Below are positions 11,462 through 21,902 of a stretch of 64,000 nt of DNA, in pieces (position 1 is the first letter of the stretch; every line of letters starts with the position of its first letter). The notes under the pieces were generated by a model. That model did not search any database. It was given only the letters and a program-made list of their open reading frames with translations, and was not told the origin of the DNA. Both the position numbers and the translations under genes were made by a program. The stretch comes from Nitrosopumilus sp. (GTDB lineage: Archaea; Thermoproteota; Nitrososphaeria; Nitrososphaerales; Nitrosopumilaceae), in contig OZ241981.1 of assembly GCA_965204345.1 (NCBI GenBank), positions 224,001 to 288,000 of the forward strand, read 5' to 3'.

Positions 11462-13021
11462 ATGGCAATAAAAAAACAAGATCAGACACTTGAAGACAAA
11501 CTTTGGGATACAGCAGAACTATTAAGAGGAAAGGTATCTCCAACTTCATACAAAGACATTGCATTAGGTTTACTATTTCTAAAATTCATTTCAAACAGAT
11601 ATGATAAAAGACGGGCAGAAATTGAAAAGGAAACCAAGGATTTATCAGAGAAAGAAAGAAAATATCTGCTAAATCTAAAGGATCAGTACACAGCAAAGGG
11701 TGTCTTTTACCTCAAAGAAGGAGATAACTGGAATGACTTGACAAAAATGGCATCAAGTGAGAAAAACCTGGCAATAAAAATTGATGAGATGATTCAGGAG
11801 ATAGAAAACGACAATCCTGACTTGGAAAATGTGCTGCCTAAGGTTTTTGCAGGCTCTGGCATTCCAAATGATAGTTTACAGCAATTAATTGAAACATTTG
11901 ATACGATACCCACTGACGAAATTTCTAAAGATCACTTTGGGCAAATCTATGAATATTTCTTGAGAAACTTTCACAAAAAGATTGGTCAAAAGGGTGGAGA
12001 ATTTTTCACACCAGAATCCATTGTGCAGTTGCTAGTTGAGATTATTGAGCCATATGAGGGAATCATCTATGATCCAACATGTGGTTCAGGCGGAATGTTT
12101 GTGCAAAGCAAAAAGTTTCAGGATGCACACAAAGACAAAAGCAAAAAGGGAACTTCAATTTATGGAGTAGATTCTCAACAAGACATTTGGCGAATTGCAA
12201 AAATGAATCTCACAATGAGGGGAATTGAGGCAAAAAATATCAAAAATGCAGACTGTTTACTGGACCATCCATTTGAAAAAGTAAAGGCAAACCGTATCTT
12301 GGCTAATCCGCCATTTAACATGGGAGAATGGGGACATGAAAAATTAGCCAATGATGCAAGATTTGCAAAGTACGGGATGCCTAGTAATGGAAAACCAGGT
12401 GGAAACTATGCATTCATGTCTCATATGATTCATCATCTGGATGAAAAAGATGGCAAGCTTGGATTGGTATTAGCCAATGGTTCAATGAGTGCAGGTGGAA
12501 AAGAAGGAGACATTAGAGAAAAACTAGTAAAAGATGATTTGATTGATTGTATGATTGCATTACCAACCAATCTGTTTTACACAGTCACAATTCCTGCATG
12601 CCTTTGGTTTATCTCAAAAAATAAAGATGATAAAAAATCAAGAAAAAGAAATGGCGAAACTCTATTCATTGATGCAAGAAAGATTTTTACCCCTGTTGAC
12701 AGGGCACACAATGAATTATCCGAAGAACAGATTCAAAAGATTGCTGGCACTTATCGTTCATTTATCGGAGAGAAGGGACATCCAAAATACAAAGATAAAG
12801 CAGGTTATTGTAAGGCAGTAAAAATTTCAGACATTGAGAAAAACAATTTTGTTCTAACTCCGGGCAGATATGTTGGTGCAGAAGAGATTGAAGATGACGG
12901 AGAGCCATTTGAAGATAAAATGAAACGATTGACTACTGAATATGCAAAACTTTCAGAAGAATCTAAGAAATTAGATAAAGAAATTCGTAGAAATTTGAAG
13001 GGGATTGGTTTTGAAATCTAA
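11462..13021 (+). CDS. hsdM: Type I R-M methyltransferase subunit M
   Basis: GEFFTP, YDPTCGSGGM, ANPPFN, LTPGRYVG. Confidence 0.96.
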   Translation: MAIKKQDQTLEDKLWDTAELLRGKVSPTSYKDIALGLLFLKFISNRYDKRRAEIEKETKDLSEKERKYLLNLKDQYTAKGVFYLKEGDNWNDLTKMASSEKNLAIKIDEMIQEIENDNPDLENVLPKVFAGSGIPNDSLQQLIETFDTIPTDEISKDHFGQIYEYFLRNFHKKIGQKGGEFFTPESIVQLLVEIIEPYEGIIYDPTCGSGGMFVQSKKFQDAHKDKSKKGTSIYGVDSQQDIWRIAKMNLTMRGIEAKNIKNADCLLDHPFEKVKANRILANPPFNMGEWGHEKLANDARFAKYGMPSNGKPGGNYAFMSHMIHHLDEKDGKLGLVLANGSMSAGGKEGDIREKLVKDDLIDCMIALPTNLFYTVTIPACLWFISKNKDDKKSRKRNGETLFIDARKIFTPVDRAHNELSEEQIQKIAGTYRSFIGEKGHPKYKDKAGYCKAVKISDIEKNNFVLTPGRYVGAEEIEDDGEPFEDKMKRLTTEYAKLSEESKKLDKEIRRNLKGIGFEI

Positions 13022-14281
13022 AACTATTCGAGAGTTTAAAGAAACTGAAATTGGTAAAATCCCTACAGATTGGGAAGTAAAAAAATTGGAAGAATTACTT
13101 TTTATCAAAGGCAGAATAGGTTGGAAGGGATTAAAAAAATCTGAATTTGGAAAAGAAGGAATAATCATTATCAACGGTCCTCAAATAAAAAATAATAAAG
13201 TAAATTGGAATCAGTGTTTACGAGTTCCTAAATGGAGATATGATGAATCACCGGAAATATCTGTTAAAGAAGAAGATATTCTAATGACCAAAGATGGCAC
13301 AATTGGTAAAACAGCTTATATTGAAAACATTCGTGAATCTGCTACTTTAGCTTCTGGAATATTTTTAATCCGAAGTATTTCTGAAAAACTAGATCAGCGT
13401 TTCCTTTACTTGTATTTTAATTCTCAATTTTTTAGCAAATTAGTAGAAAGTAGAATTGAAGGTTCTGTCATTCCTCATCTTTATCAACGTGATATTATAC
13501 AACTTTCTATTCCTTTACCCTCAATTTCTGAACAACAGTTGATTGCAAAAATCATCTTAAATATTGATTCAAAAATTAAAAATCTTCAAAACAGAACAAA
13601 ATCCTCGAACAAATCGCCCAGACAGTCTTCAAATCATGGTTTGTTGACTATGACGGGATAACCGAGTTTGAGGATTCGGAGCTGGGTAAAATTCCAAAAG
13701 GATGGAAAGTAGTTAAAATTGGTAGTATATGTAATACATTTGGAGGAGGTACACCATCTACCACAAATCAAGATTATTGGAATGGATGCATTCATTGGCT
13801 TGTTCCACGAGATCTTACTAATTCAGATAGATTATTTTGTACATCTTCTGAAAGAAAAATCACTGAATTAGGATTAAAAAATTGTTCATCACAATTACAT
13901 CCTGAAAATTCAATTTTCATGACGTCGAGAGCTACTATAGGCGCATTTACTATTAATCGAATACCACTAGCTACAAATCAAGGATTCATTGTAATGAGAC
14001 CAAATAATCCAAATCATCTGTATTACCTATTTCTTAATTTTGTTAGTAGAATTGATGAATTTATCAATCATGCAAATGGTAGTACTTTTTTAGAAATTAG
14101 TAGAGGTGATTTTAGACAATTATTAATTGTTATTCCTCCTTCATCAATTCTAGATATATTTCATAATAAAATAAAACCGTTATTTGAGAATAGGTTTGTT
14201 AATGAAAAAAAAATTACGTCTCTTACAAAACTACGTAATATCTTACTGCCAAAACTAATGTCAGGAGAAATCAGAGTATAA
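13005..14281 (+). pseudogene. hsdS: Type I R-M specificity subunit hsdS (copy 2), -1 frameshift in A-tract near 13588-13591
   Basis: ETEIGKIPTDW N-half; adding one A restores LQKQNKILEQIAQTVFKSWFVDYDG...LGKIPKGW...GGGTPST, open through LLPKLMSGEIRV. Confidence 0.9.
13584..13653. repeat. Right arm of the hsdS inverted repeat
   Basis: cttcaaaacagaacaaaatcctcgaacaaatcgcccagacagtcttcaaatcatggtttgttgactatga; complement of 6160-6226 and, in part, 6121-6150. Confidence 0.93.
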
Positions 14282-14921
14282 TTACATCTTAAATGAAACT
14301 AGCAATTACATCAGTCAATCAAGAAATCAGATTCGAATTTGATATGTTTTCCAGATCTTACCTACTGTCAATCTGTTATACATGGACAACCTCTTATTGC
14401 TCTTGTATGACAAAATATTTTGTTATATTTAGAATCATGTCGTGACACCTTGTTATAAAAAATGCCTTGACATGTAGATTGACACTCCTTATTGAAGGTA
14501 GAACATACTTTGAAAGGTTGGCGACATCCGGACGCTTTGGTTCAAATTCAGATATAAGACAGATCGTATTAAGATGTGATCTGTTGTTCATAAGAATGTC
14601 TGTATGAGTCCCACATCAGGATAATCAGATCTTTTCTTTAGATGTTCCTTGAGATCTTGCGTTACAGCATTAATTAAGAGTTCACAAATTTGACACTCAT
14701 TTGTTGGAATGCACTTGTTTTTAATTATCATAGTATTTGCAGTCTTTTATAACATACAGAAAATCATCGTTTATTTTGACTTTATTTTTCTTGTCAAGTA
14801 TTCCATGCGATTTTAGCATTCATAGTTCGAACATAAATTCTTGGAGTTCCTCTCTCAGATTTTTATCATGTTTTCTTCTTGATTAAATCTTTTCATCATT
14901 ACTGGATGTAAATTTCGATAG

Positions 14922-15024
14922 TTTTGAGACAAAACTGTTTCACGTAAATTTAACACATTTACTGGATGTGACTTTGAGGGTTTTTGATAATTTTACAGAA
15001 AATTCAGATCACATAAATTTAACA
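14922..15024. repeat. ~105-bp dispersed element, inverted copy of 28026-28129; probable transposon-end relic
   Basis: Colinear, roughly 80% by eye, including two CAC(G/A)TAAATTTAACA motifs. Confidence 0.8.
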
Positions 15025-15066
15025 TCTTTACTGGATGCACTCATCTCCAAATTATTGAGATAGTAT

Positions 15067-15579
15067 ATGATAGGTCCAATTGATATTTCATATGAGCAAG
15101 AATCTAATTTTGCATTTATATCAATCGTTATTGGAATAGACGAGAATATAGAACACATGTACAAAAGATTAGGGTCAAAGAAAATTCACATGAGTACTCT
15201 ATGTATAATCCAACAAGATGAGAGTCTATCTAAAATAGAATTTGATGATAAAAATAACATTGCATTTTGTGTTAAAATAAACAAAAATATGAAAAAGATC
15301 ACAAACACGCGAAAGATTAAACAAAAAAGTATTCCTACTGGAAAAATATATCAGTTACAACACGGCCAATTATTATATTCAATACAAGAACGCATTGAAA
15401 AATTTCCATTAACACACAATTATGAACTAGATGATATTTTCTTTCGATGTGATAGTGACAGTAAAGGATTTGTAAGGGATGTCAGTTGCACTTTTGATCC
15501 TAAAAATATTCACGAAATTGTCGATACAGTAGCCTGGTTGAATAAACAGGGCAGATACATAAAGAATCTATTGGGATAG
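15067..15579 (+). CDS. Hypothetical protein, possibly a degenerate DUF3800-like (RNase H-fold) protein
   Basis: N-terminal IDIS, central CDSD and C-terminal HEIVDTVAW resemble the acidic motifs of DUF3800; assignment tentative. Confidence 0.4.
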   Translation: MIGPIDISYEQESNFAFISIVIGIDENIEHMYKRLGSKKIHMSTLCIIQQDESLSKIEFDDKNNIAFCVKINKNMKKITNTRKIKQKSIPTGKIYQLQHGQLLYSIQERIEKFPLTHNYELDDIFFRCDSDSKGFVRDVSCTFDPKNIHEIVDTVAWLNKQGRYIKNLLG

Positions 15580-15630
15580 GCAAAGTAGAAAAAAATTAAC
15601 ACAAAAATTCTCAAAGAATTAAGATAAATT

Positions 15631-15693
15631 GCCTCGCACACACATCAGCCCCTAGTTCGCCTGCAAAAGCAGACCTAGAGGGTTCGAGTACGG
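15631..15693 (+). ncRNA. Candidate structured RNA 3' of the DUF3800-like gene
   Basis: GC-rich patch in AT-rich DNA with nested stems ctcg/cgag, gcccctag/ctagagggt, ctgc-aaaa-gcag; strand uncertain. Confidence 0.4.
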
Positions 15694-15956
15694 ACAATAT
15701 ACATAAACAGTAATACCATTTAAACAATCTATTACAATTCCGTTAAACGTAAGCCGTTAGCGTAACAGGCACACCTACAAAACATCCATCAGATGAATTA
15801 CCAAAAGAACGCACGGCTATGGCAAATCTTTCTTGTGCTTTGTGTTTTATCCCATCAATTATGATCTTATCGTCTATACGTTCCATGTTTTTATCCTTTG
15901 ATAGATTCCTTGAATTCATTGTGTTGGTCTTTTGTTTCAGGTATCTCTTTTTTCTC

Positions 15957-16190
15957 CTAATCCACTGATTCTTGTGTATCTGGTTCATCCTTGCTTTCTC
16001 CAGCGATTTGCTTTACACGACCCACTTGGCCGTCTTTTAACCTGACCTTTATCCCATGAGGATGTACTTGACTGGAGGTAAGAATTTCAGATACGGTCCC
16101 CTGTGTTAATTTTCCAGTACCTTGATTCTCTTTTGTTTCTATTAAAACGGTAATTCCTTCCTTGATATGATCTCGTCTTGGAGTCGACAT
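15957..16190 (-). CDS. YwbE family protein
   Basis: QGTGKLTQGTVSEILTSSQVHPHGIKVRLKDGQVGRV; start taken at MSTPRR. Confidence 0.85.
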   Translation of the reverse strand: MSTPRRDHIKEGITVLIETKENQGTGKLTQGTVSEILTSSQVHPHGIKVRLKDGQVGRVKQIAGESKDEPDTQESVD

Positions 16191-16353
16191 AATATTCCAA
16201 GACACATGATGGTTTATCAACATATCATAAACAGGAGTAATTCGGTTCAAGAGGGGCTCTGATTCAGGCAGGCTTTACTCACGGTTCAGGGAACTCGATA
16301 CAAACCAGGGAAGACTTGAGATACGATATTCAATTCAGAATAAGATAATTGTC

Positions 16354-16415
16354 AAGAAAATTATCTCTGACAATTTACTGTTAAATTCCAGTGATCAGAT
16401 AATCAAAATTTGCCA
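16354..16415 (+). repeat. Dispersed ~40-60-bp intergenic repeat (other copies 26441-26481, 29383-29423, 35797-35858, 39266-39302 inverted, 41093-41155)
   Basis: Consensus GT(T/C)AAATTCCAGTGATCAGNTAATCAAAATTTGCCA. Confidence 0.75.
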
Positions 16416-16514
16416 GAACCGCCTGCAACATCTAAAACAGTACATTACGTCACACCCATGTAAGCAAAACTTGACTTGGAAGGCATGCGATTGCTATCTG
16501 AGATTGACTCGTGA

Positions 16515-17741
16515 TTATCTCTTTTTTTTCTTAATCTCTTGAGCTACCATTGGCAAAAACGCCCCGACATCAGAGACTATTCCCAACGCTTGCCAAGTTC
16601 CACGATCCATTAGTTTTGTAACTGTTGGCTGACTAATGTCTACGACGATCACCTTGACATTTGCAGGAAGCATATTTCCTGTTGCAATAGAGTGCAACAT
16701 GGTTGAAATCATAATTACCATGCTGGCGTCCTTTAGGACCCTTTTATATTCACGCTGAGCTTGTGCGACATCGGTAATGACATCAGGCAGTGGACCATCA
16801 TCCCTGATAGAGCCTGCCAAAACAAATGGAACGTCATTTTTTACGCACTCGTACATTATTCCTTTTGTTAATTTTTTAGTTTTTACCATGTTGGAAATTG
16901 AACCTGCCTTAAAGACTGCATTGATGGTATCCATATGGTTTCGATGCCCGTGAAATGCCAATGTCGCATCATGAACATTCATCCCCAAGGATGTCCCTAG
17001 TGTGGCATATTCTATGTCGTGAACTGCAAGGGCATTGCCTGCCAGTACCCCATCAACATATCCGGATCTGATTAGTTCTGATACTGCATCATCTGCTCCG
17101 GTATGAACTATTGCAGGACCTCCAACAATGACTATTTTTCCGCCCTTCTTTTTGGTGTTGTAAATATCATCTGCAACCTTTTTAGCTATGTGTTGGGTTG
17201 GGCGTTCACTGGAACTTGAACTTCCCATAAATTCAAATACATTGACGCCTTCCCTTGGGCGTTCAGGAGGAATAATCTTAATGCCCTCCTCTCCAACAAT
17301 TATCTGATCACCTTTTCTGACATCCCTGACAGGAACACAAAATGCTCGTCTTCCTTTTACCATGATACATTTATCCATCATCATATTTTCAACTGAGATC
17401 CATTGCCCCTTATGAAAAACATTTGTGTGATTGTTAGTAGTGCTGTAAAAATTATCAGGCATCACATAGTTTTTAGGGGATTTCTTCAGAGTAATCTCCT
17501 TTTGAATCTTAGAGACAGCACCCAGACGGTAAACAGTTTCTAGAATTTCATTCAAATGCTTTTGATTTTTGCCTGAAATTAGCAATCTTGCAAATGACTG
17601 ATCCTGCTTCATTTTGCCAATGTCAATTTCCTGTACTTGAAATTCCCCTTGCAAATCCATGATTTTATCAAATATTTTTGTTAAAATTGAGGAATCAATC
17701 AGGTGACCGTTAACCTCAATCTCTTGGGAAAACCTGCTCAT
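16515..17741 (-). CDS. TIGR00300 family protein (LOR/SDH-like, ornithine cyclodeaminase-type)
   Basis: GHLIDS, PDNFYSTTN, GGPAIVHTG, GNALAVHDIE, LAGSIRDDGPLP, MLHSIATGN. Confidence 0.88.
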   Translation of the reverse strand: MSRFSQEIEVNGHLIDSSILTKIFDKIMDLQGEFQVQEIDIGKMKQDQSFARLLISGKNQKHLNEILETVYRLGAVSKIQKEITLKKSPKNYVMPDNFYSTTNNHTNVFHKGQWISVENMMMDKCIMVKGRRAFCVPVRDVRKGDQIIVGEEGIKIIPPERPREGVNVFEFMGSSSSSERPTQHIAKKVADDIYNTKKKGGKIVIVGGPAIVHTGADDAVSELIRSGYVDGVLAGNALAVHDIEYATLGTSLGMNVHDATLAFHGHRNHMDTINAVFKAGSISNMVKTKKLTKGIMYECVKNDVPFVLAGSIRDDGPLPDVITDVAQAQREYKRVLKDASMVIMISTMLHSIATGNMLPANVKVIVVDISQPTVTKLMDRGTWQALGIVSDVGAFLPMVAQEIKKKKR

Positions 17742-17791
17742 TTGTTATCCTATGCCATATCATAACTAAAGTTTTACGTTTTATTTTGAGG

Positions 17792-18148
17792 TCATACGGG
17801 TAAAATTACTTTGCCTTCAAATTTTGCAATTTTGTCATTTTGGAATATTTTCTCCCATGCCTCCTTTTGTTGCCTGGTTACACCTTGGACTATGGTCTTT
17901 GAAGACCCTGTCTTATCAACTAGTGCAAGGATATATCCGCTAGTATCTGTCAGAACAAATCCTGCGGATTCATCAACAAAGGCATACAGGTTTTCTTGGC
18001 CTACAGGCTCCCATACATTGGATTTTGTGTCTACTAGGGCCAAAGCAGGCATGGCTTTTCCATCAGTTATCCTGTTTAGATATTCCCTGGACTCTGCAAC
18101 TCTTTTTTGGCCTAGTTTTAAAGCCTGAAAATATTGCATAGCTGGCAA
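17792..18148 (-). CDS. Hypothetical protein
   Basis: Co-oriented with the TIGR00300 gene; normal composition; real start probably ATG 18139. Confidence 0.7.
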   Translation of the reverse strand: MPAMQYFQALKLGQKRVAESREYLNRITDGKAMPALALVDTKSNVWEPVGQENLYAFVDESAGFVLTDTSGYILALVDKTGSSKTIVQGVTRQQKEAWEKIFQNDKIAKFEGKVILPV

Positions 18149-18217
18149 ATATTCAAATCATTATAAAAACAATTTCACTTCAAAAGATTGTTATAGAATT
18201 TCAAGCTAATCTAGTCA

Positions 18218-18517
18218 GTGCCCCTAACAAACAATGTCATAATCAAACTAAATGAAATCACCACCATGGTTGAGGACAAATCCAAGCTGTCTGAATCAGA
18301 ACAGGAGGATATCAAAACAATCTTTAGAAATCTTGTAGAAAATAACGAAAGATATGATCTGGATGAAATTGAATTTTGGTTTGAAAATGAGGGGAGCTGG
18401 TCCTTTAGGGAGCCGAGAATACGAATTACAAACCTGGCAAGCTACATTCAAGACAAGCATCAGCAAACAGCACACTTGCGAATAATTTCCGATGATGATT
18501 GCGGCTGCGGAAGCTAG
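18218..18517 (+). CDS. Hypothetical protein with C-terminal DDDCGCGS
   Basis: 99-aa ORF, GTG start, convergent overlap with the next gene. Confidence 0.7.
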   Translation: MPLTNNVIIKLNEITTMVEDKSKLSESEQEDIKTIFRNLVENNERYDLDEIEFWFENEGSWSFREPRIRITNLASYIQDKHQQTAHLRIISDDDCGCGS

Positions 18518-18765
18518 GTTTCCAATTTCTCTAACAGCGTACTGACAATTTTTGCATTTTCAGTTCTCTTACTTAATATTCTTTCAATACGATCATGGTT
18601 CTTAGCTTCCTTTGTAATGATCTTAAAATATTCCTCATCCAAATTGTTGTTTGCTTGTAATCTTTTCACAACTTCAAACAGTATTCCAATTACCTGTTTT
18701 TGCGCATCAATTAACTGATCCTTTTCATCCTGGGCCATAGCATCATTTATCCATAATTTGTCCAA
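18514..18765 (-). CDS. Small helical hypothetical protein
   Basis: Follows the HD gene; probable start at MAQDEK. Confidence 0.65.
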   Translation of the reverse strand: MDKLWINDAMAQDEKDQLIDAQKQVIGILFEVVKRLQANNNLDEEYFKIITKEAKNHDRIERILSKRTENAKIVSTLLEKLET

Positions 18766-19276
18766 ACAGCTCTTTTAATTTAGTATTTGTAATGCTGCTT
18801 TCTGCCGACTTTGAAAATAAATTTGTTTTTTCCTTAGAATATCCTTCCCTTTCATATAACTTGGCCTGAAGTGCCATTTCCAACTTGTCAACTTGATGTA
18901 CTAGCTGTGATTCAAAAGAACTGTTTTCTTGATACTCTTGCCATAATTTCAGATAAGCAGCCTGTATGCGTTGAGGCAAATTTTGCAGTATGTCCTCAAA
19001 TGCACTGTTTTCCAATTCCCTCTTTTTTTCTGCCGTGATTTGCTCCGGGGTATAATCTCCAACGAGGGATTCGGCCAAGTCATGCAGCAAAATCATTTTG
19101 AGGATTTTTTCAGAATTATAATTTTCAAGATCAGATATTACCATGCCCATTATTGCCATGACGTAAGTGTGGTCTGCAACGGATTCGGGCACATCCACAG
19201 ATAGCTTGTCGACCCATCCCTGTCTTTGAACTTTTTTTAGCTTTGCAGCTATTCTGAAGAAATCAGAGATCGTCAT
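18743..19276 (-). CDS. HD-domain phosphohydrolase (HDDC2/YfbR-like)
   Basis: RQGW, ESVADH, LHDLAES, DKLEM. Confidence 0.9.
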   Translation of the reverse strand: MTISDFFRIAAKLKKVQRQGWVDKLSVDVPESVADHTYVMAIMGMVISDLENYNSEKILKMILLHDLAESLVGDYTPEQITAEKKRELENSAFEDILQNLPQRIQAAYLKLWQEYQENSSFESQLVHQVDKLEMALQAKLYEREGYSKEKTNLFSKSAESSITNTKLKELFGQIMDK

Positions 19277-19361
19277 GTGTATATTGCAGTCTTTTCTCCT
19301 AATGAATTTTAATACAAAATGACTGCGAATAACATAATAATTATCTCAAAGTAACAAACTT

Positions 19362-19901
19362 GTGAAGATATACACAAAAACAGGGGATGATGGAAATACA
19401 GGACTGCAAGGAAATTACAGGATATCAAAATCTCATACAAGAATTATCTCATATGGCACGGTAGATGAGGCAAATGCTTCCATAGGGATTGCGCTTGCAA
19501 ATACTTTGGATGGAGACATCACTCAAATTTTAACAAGAATTCAAAATGAGCTTTTTTTGGTAGGAGCTGATCTCTCAAATCCAAATCTAAATGATGTAAA
19601 AAACAGGGTTTCATTGGGGATGATTGAATCCTTGGAAAAAGATATTGATCTGCTTGAGTCAGAGTTGCCGCCACTAACAAACTTTGTTTTGCCAGGAGGC
19701 AATAGTGCAGCAGCTCAAATACACCACGCACGAACCGTTGTAAGACGTGCAGAAACCCAAGTTGTCCAATTAAGTGAAAAAGATGAAATCAATTCAAACT
19801 GCATAAAATATCTTAACCGGTTGTCGGATTTACTGTTTGTGATTGGCAGACTAGTCAATAAACGAAAAAACATAAAAGATGTGCCATGGAAGATCAGCTA
19901 A
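19362..19901 (+). CDS. ATP:cob(I)alamin adenosyltransferase, PduO type
   Basis: KIYTKTGDDG, YGTVDEAN, FVLPGG, ARTVVRRAE, YLNRLSDLLF. Confidence 0.93.
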   Translation: MKIYTKTGDDGNTGLQGNYRISKSHTRIISYGTVDEANASIGIALANTLDGDITQILTRIQNELFLVGADLSNPNLNDVKNRVSLGMIESLEKDIDLLESELPPLTNFVLPGGNSAAAQIHHARTVVRRAETQVVQLSEKDEINSNCIKYLNRLSDLLFVIGRLVNKRKNIKDVPWKIS

Positions 19902-20352
19902 TCGCATAGCATGCCAAAATTTTTTAATTTGCTATAAAAATAGACAGGCTCAAAATCAGGGTCTGCTAAGTTAGTGCCGCCTTCTTATCCGTGTCAAGTG
20001 CCGTCATCTAAATCTGGTCATATTGGAAAAATTTGGCTTGTTAACCTGCGTGATTGAATAAAGCAAATGACCTAATTTCTTAACGCAAAAAATATCGCCT
20101 GTTGCAAATTTGGATTTAACACCTAGTTGACCGGATCAAATCCTTCCTACTTTGCCAAGTTCCAAATTAACCGCCTTATTACCAACATAACCGTCAATCG
20201 GACTTTTGAGTAGAGAAAGCATGTTTTCTCTAGCTGTCTTTCAACGTGGATATGCCGCCTTTGGGATTCTGATATGCCAGTGGTTTGCGTATACTCCATC
20301 ACAACACAAAGCATTAACGTATCTTATATAATCTCTAAACTGTGGTTAGATA

Positions 20353-20982
20353 TTGGAAATAGGGGATCTTTTTACAGATTTGGATATTGTTAAAAAAATA
20401 AACACAAAATTACCAAAGTTATTCGTCATGGCCGAAGCTGAAGCATTAAGAGGTGGCAAATTAGGAATGGAAATAGGTTCAGTGCGAGAAAGAATCATAA
20501 TTGCATTACTGCGTCATTATTTTGGAAAACCCAATATCTCTACGGACATGCCAATTACAGAAAAGGAAATCGATGTTATTGTGTTAGATACAAGAATATC
20601 AATAAAGACCATAACAGGAAATACCTTTTCTGGAATAAAGGTTATCTGGACGGTTGATTGGAATAAAATCGACTCGTTTGTGGATTCTTACACCCCTACT
20701 GCCGATATGATATTTATTCAAATCGTATGGAACTCAAGTGATGGCGGATTCTTCTATATTCCCCAAGCAGTACAAAATAAAATTTTTAACAATCTAGGAG
20801 AGAATGATTACTTTAAGAAACCTCCAAAAAATACAAATCCTCGGGGCGTTGAGTATTCAAAAGAAGCCATCAGACTAATGGTAGAAGATTCAGAGACTAA
20901 AAAAATCCCGATAGACTGGATAAGAGAGGATGGCAAAGATATTGATATTTACAAGAAATGGGAGGGCTATTGGGAATCTTGA
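20353..20982 (+). CDS. Type II restriction endonuclease, ThaI-like
   Basis: GMEIGSVRERIIIALL, EIDV...ISIKT (PD-(D/E)XK), TNPRGVE; convergent with a methyltransferase. Confidence 0.8.
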   Translation: MEIGDLFTDLDIVKKINTKLPKLFVMAEAEALRGGKLGMEIGSVRERIIIALLRHYFGKPNISTDMPITEKEIDVIVLDTRISIKTITGNTFSGIKVIWTVDWNKIDSFVDSYTPTADMIFIQIVWNSSDGGFFYIPQAVQNKIFNNLGENDYFKKPPKNTNPRGVEYSKEAIRLMVEDSETKKIPIDWIREDGKDIDIYKKWEGYWES

Positions 20983-21902
20983 ATGTTCTTATTAAACGAT
21001 TTGATTCTATCTTTTGCCACCTTTGTGTATTTTGAATTGTTGTCTACCATAACATAATGACGATCTGATAATATTGCAGCTATAGCTGATGAGCCGGACC
21101 CACAAAAAGGATCAAAGATTACATCGTTTTTGAACGTGTACAACTGAATACATCGATAGGGTAACTCTATGGGGAATGGTGCAGGATGCTTGATTTTTTT
21201 TGCCTGTTCTGTTTTAAATGACCAAACACTTTTTGTGTACTCTAAAAATTCATCACGTGTTATGGTGCTTTTCTTTTTTACGCGGTTGTATTTTCCCTTG
21301 GAAAACACAAGTATGTACTCATGTGTATCCCTTAAAACAGGATTTGAAGCTGATAGCCAAGAGCCCCAGGCAGTAGAACTTCCGGCAGAAGCTCCTTTTT
21401 CCCAAATCACCTCGCCTCGCATCAGAAATCCATTTCTTAGCATTGAATCAATAATGAATTTGTGATACGGAACGTACGGTTTACGTCCTACATTTGCTAT
21501 GTTGATACAAACTCTACCGCCATTGATTAATATCCTGTAAGTTTCTGCAAATACGTTATCTAGCATTTTGACATATTCGATTAGATTCAAGTCCTGATCA
21601 TAATCCTTGCCTACATTGTAAGGGGGCGAAGTGACCATCAAATGAACACTCGAATCCGGTATACATTTTAGATTTTCACTGTTTTTACATAGTACGCTGT
21701 CAAGATATTTGCCTAATTTGTTTTCTTTTTCTGTTTGTTGGTCTTTTTTTTCTTTTGAATCAAATAGTTTTCTATCATAGAACCTGCTTGAATCGTGGTT
21801 TATTCTACTAGTTCCACCAAATCCATTCATGGATGTTTTTTTTATTTTTGTGACATTCAATTGTTTATCGTCAACTATAGTATGTTTTAATGTTTTAACC
21901 AT
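20967..21902 (-). CDS. Beta-class amino-methyltransferase (probably m4C), partner of the ThaI-like REase
   Basis: TSPPY precedes HPAPFP and DPFCGSG. Confidence 0.9.
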   Translation of the reverse strand: MVKTLKHTIVDDKQLNVTKIKKTSMNGFGGTSRINHDSSRFYDRKLFDSKEKKDQQTEKENKLGKYLDSVLCKNSENLKCIPDSSVHLMVTSPPYNVGKDYDQDLNLIEYVKMLDNVFAETYRILINGGRVCINIANVGRKPYVPYHKFIIDSMLRNGFLMRGEVIWEKGASAGSSTAWGSWLSASNPVLRDTHEYILVFSKGKYNRVKKKSTITRDEFLEYTKSVWSFKTEQAKKIKHPAPFPIELPYRCIQLYTFKNDVIFDPFCGSGSSAIAAILSDRHYVMVDNNSKYTKVAKDRIKSFNKNIQDSQ

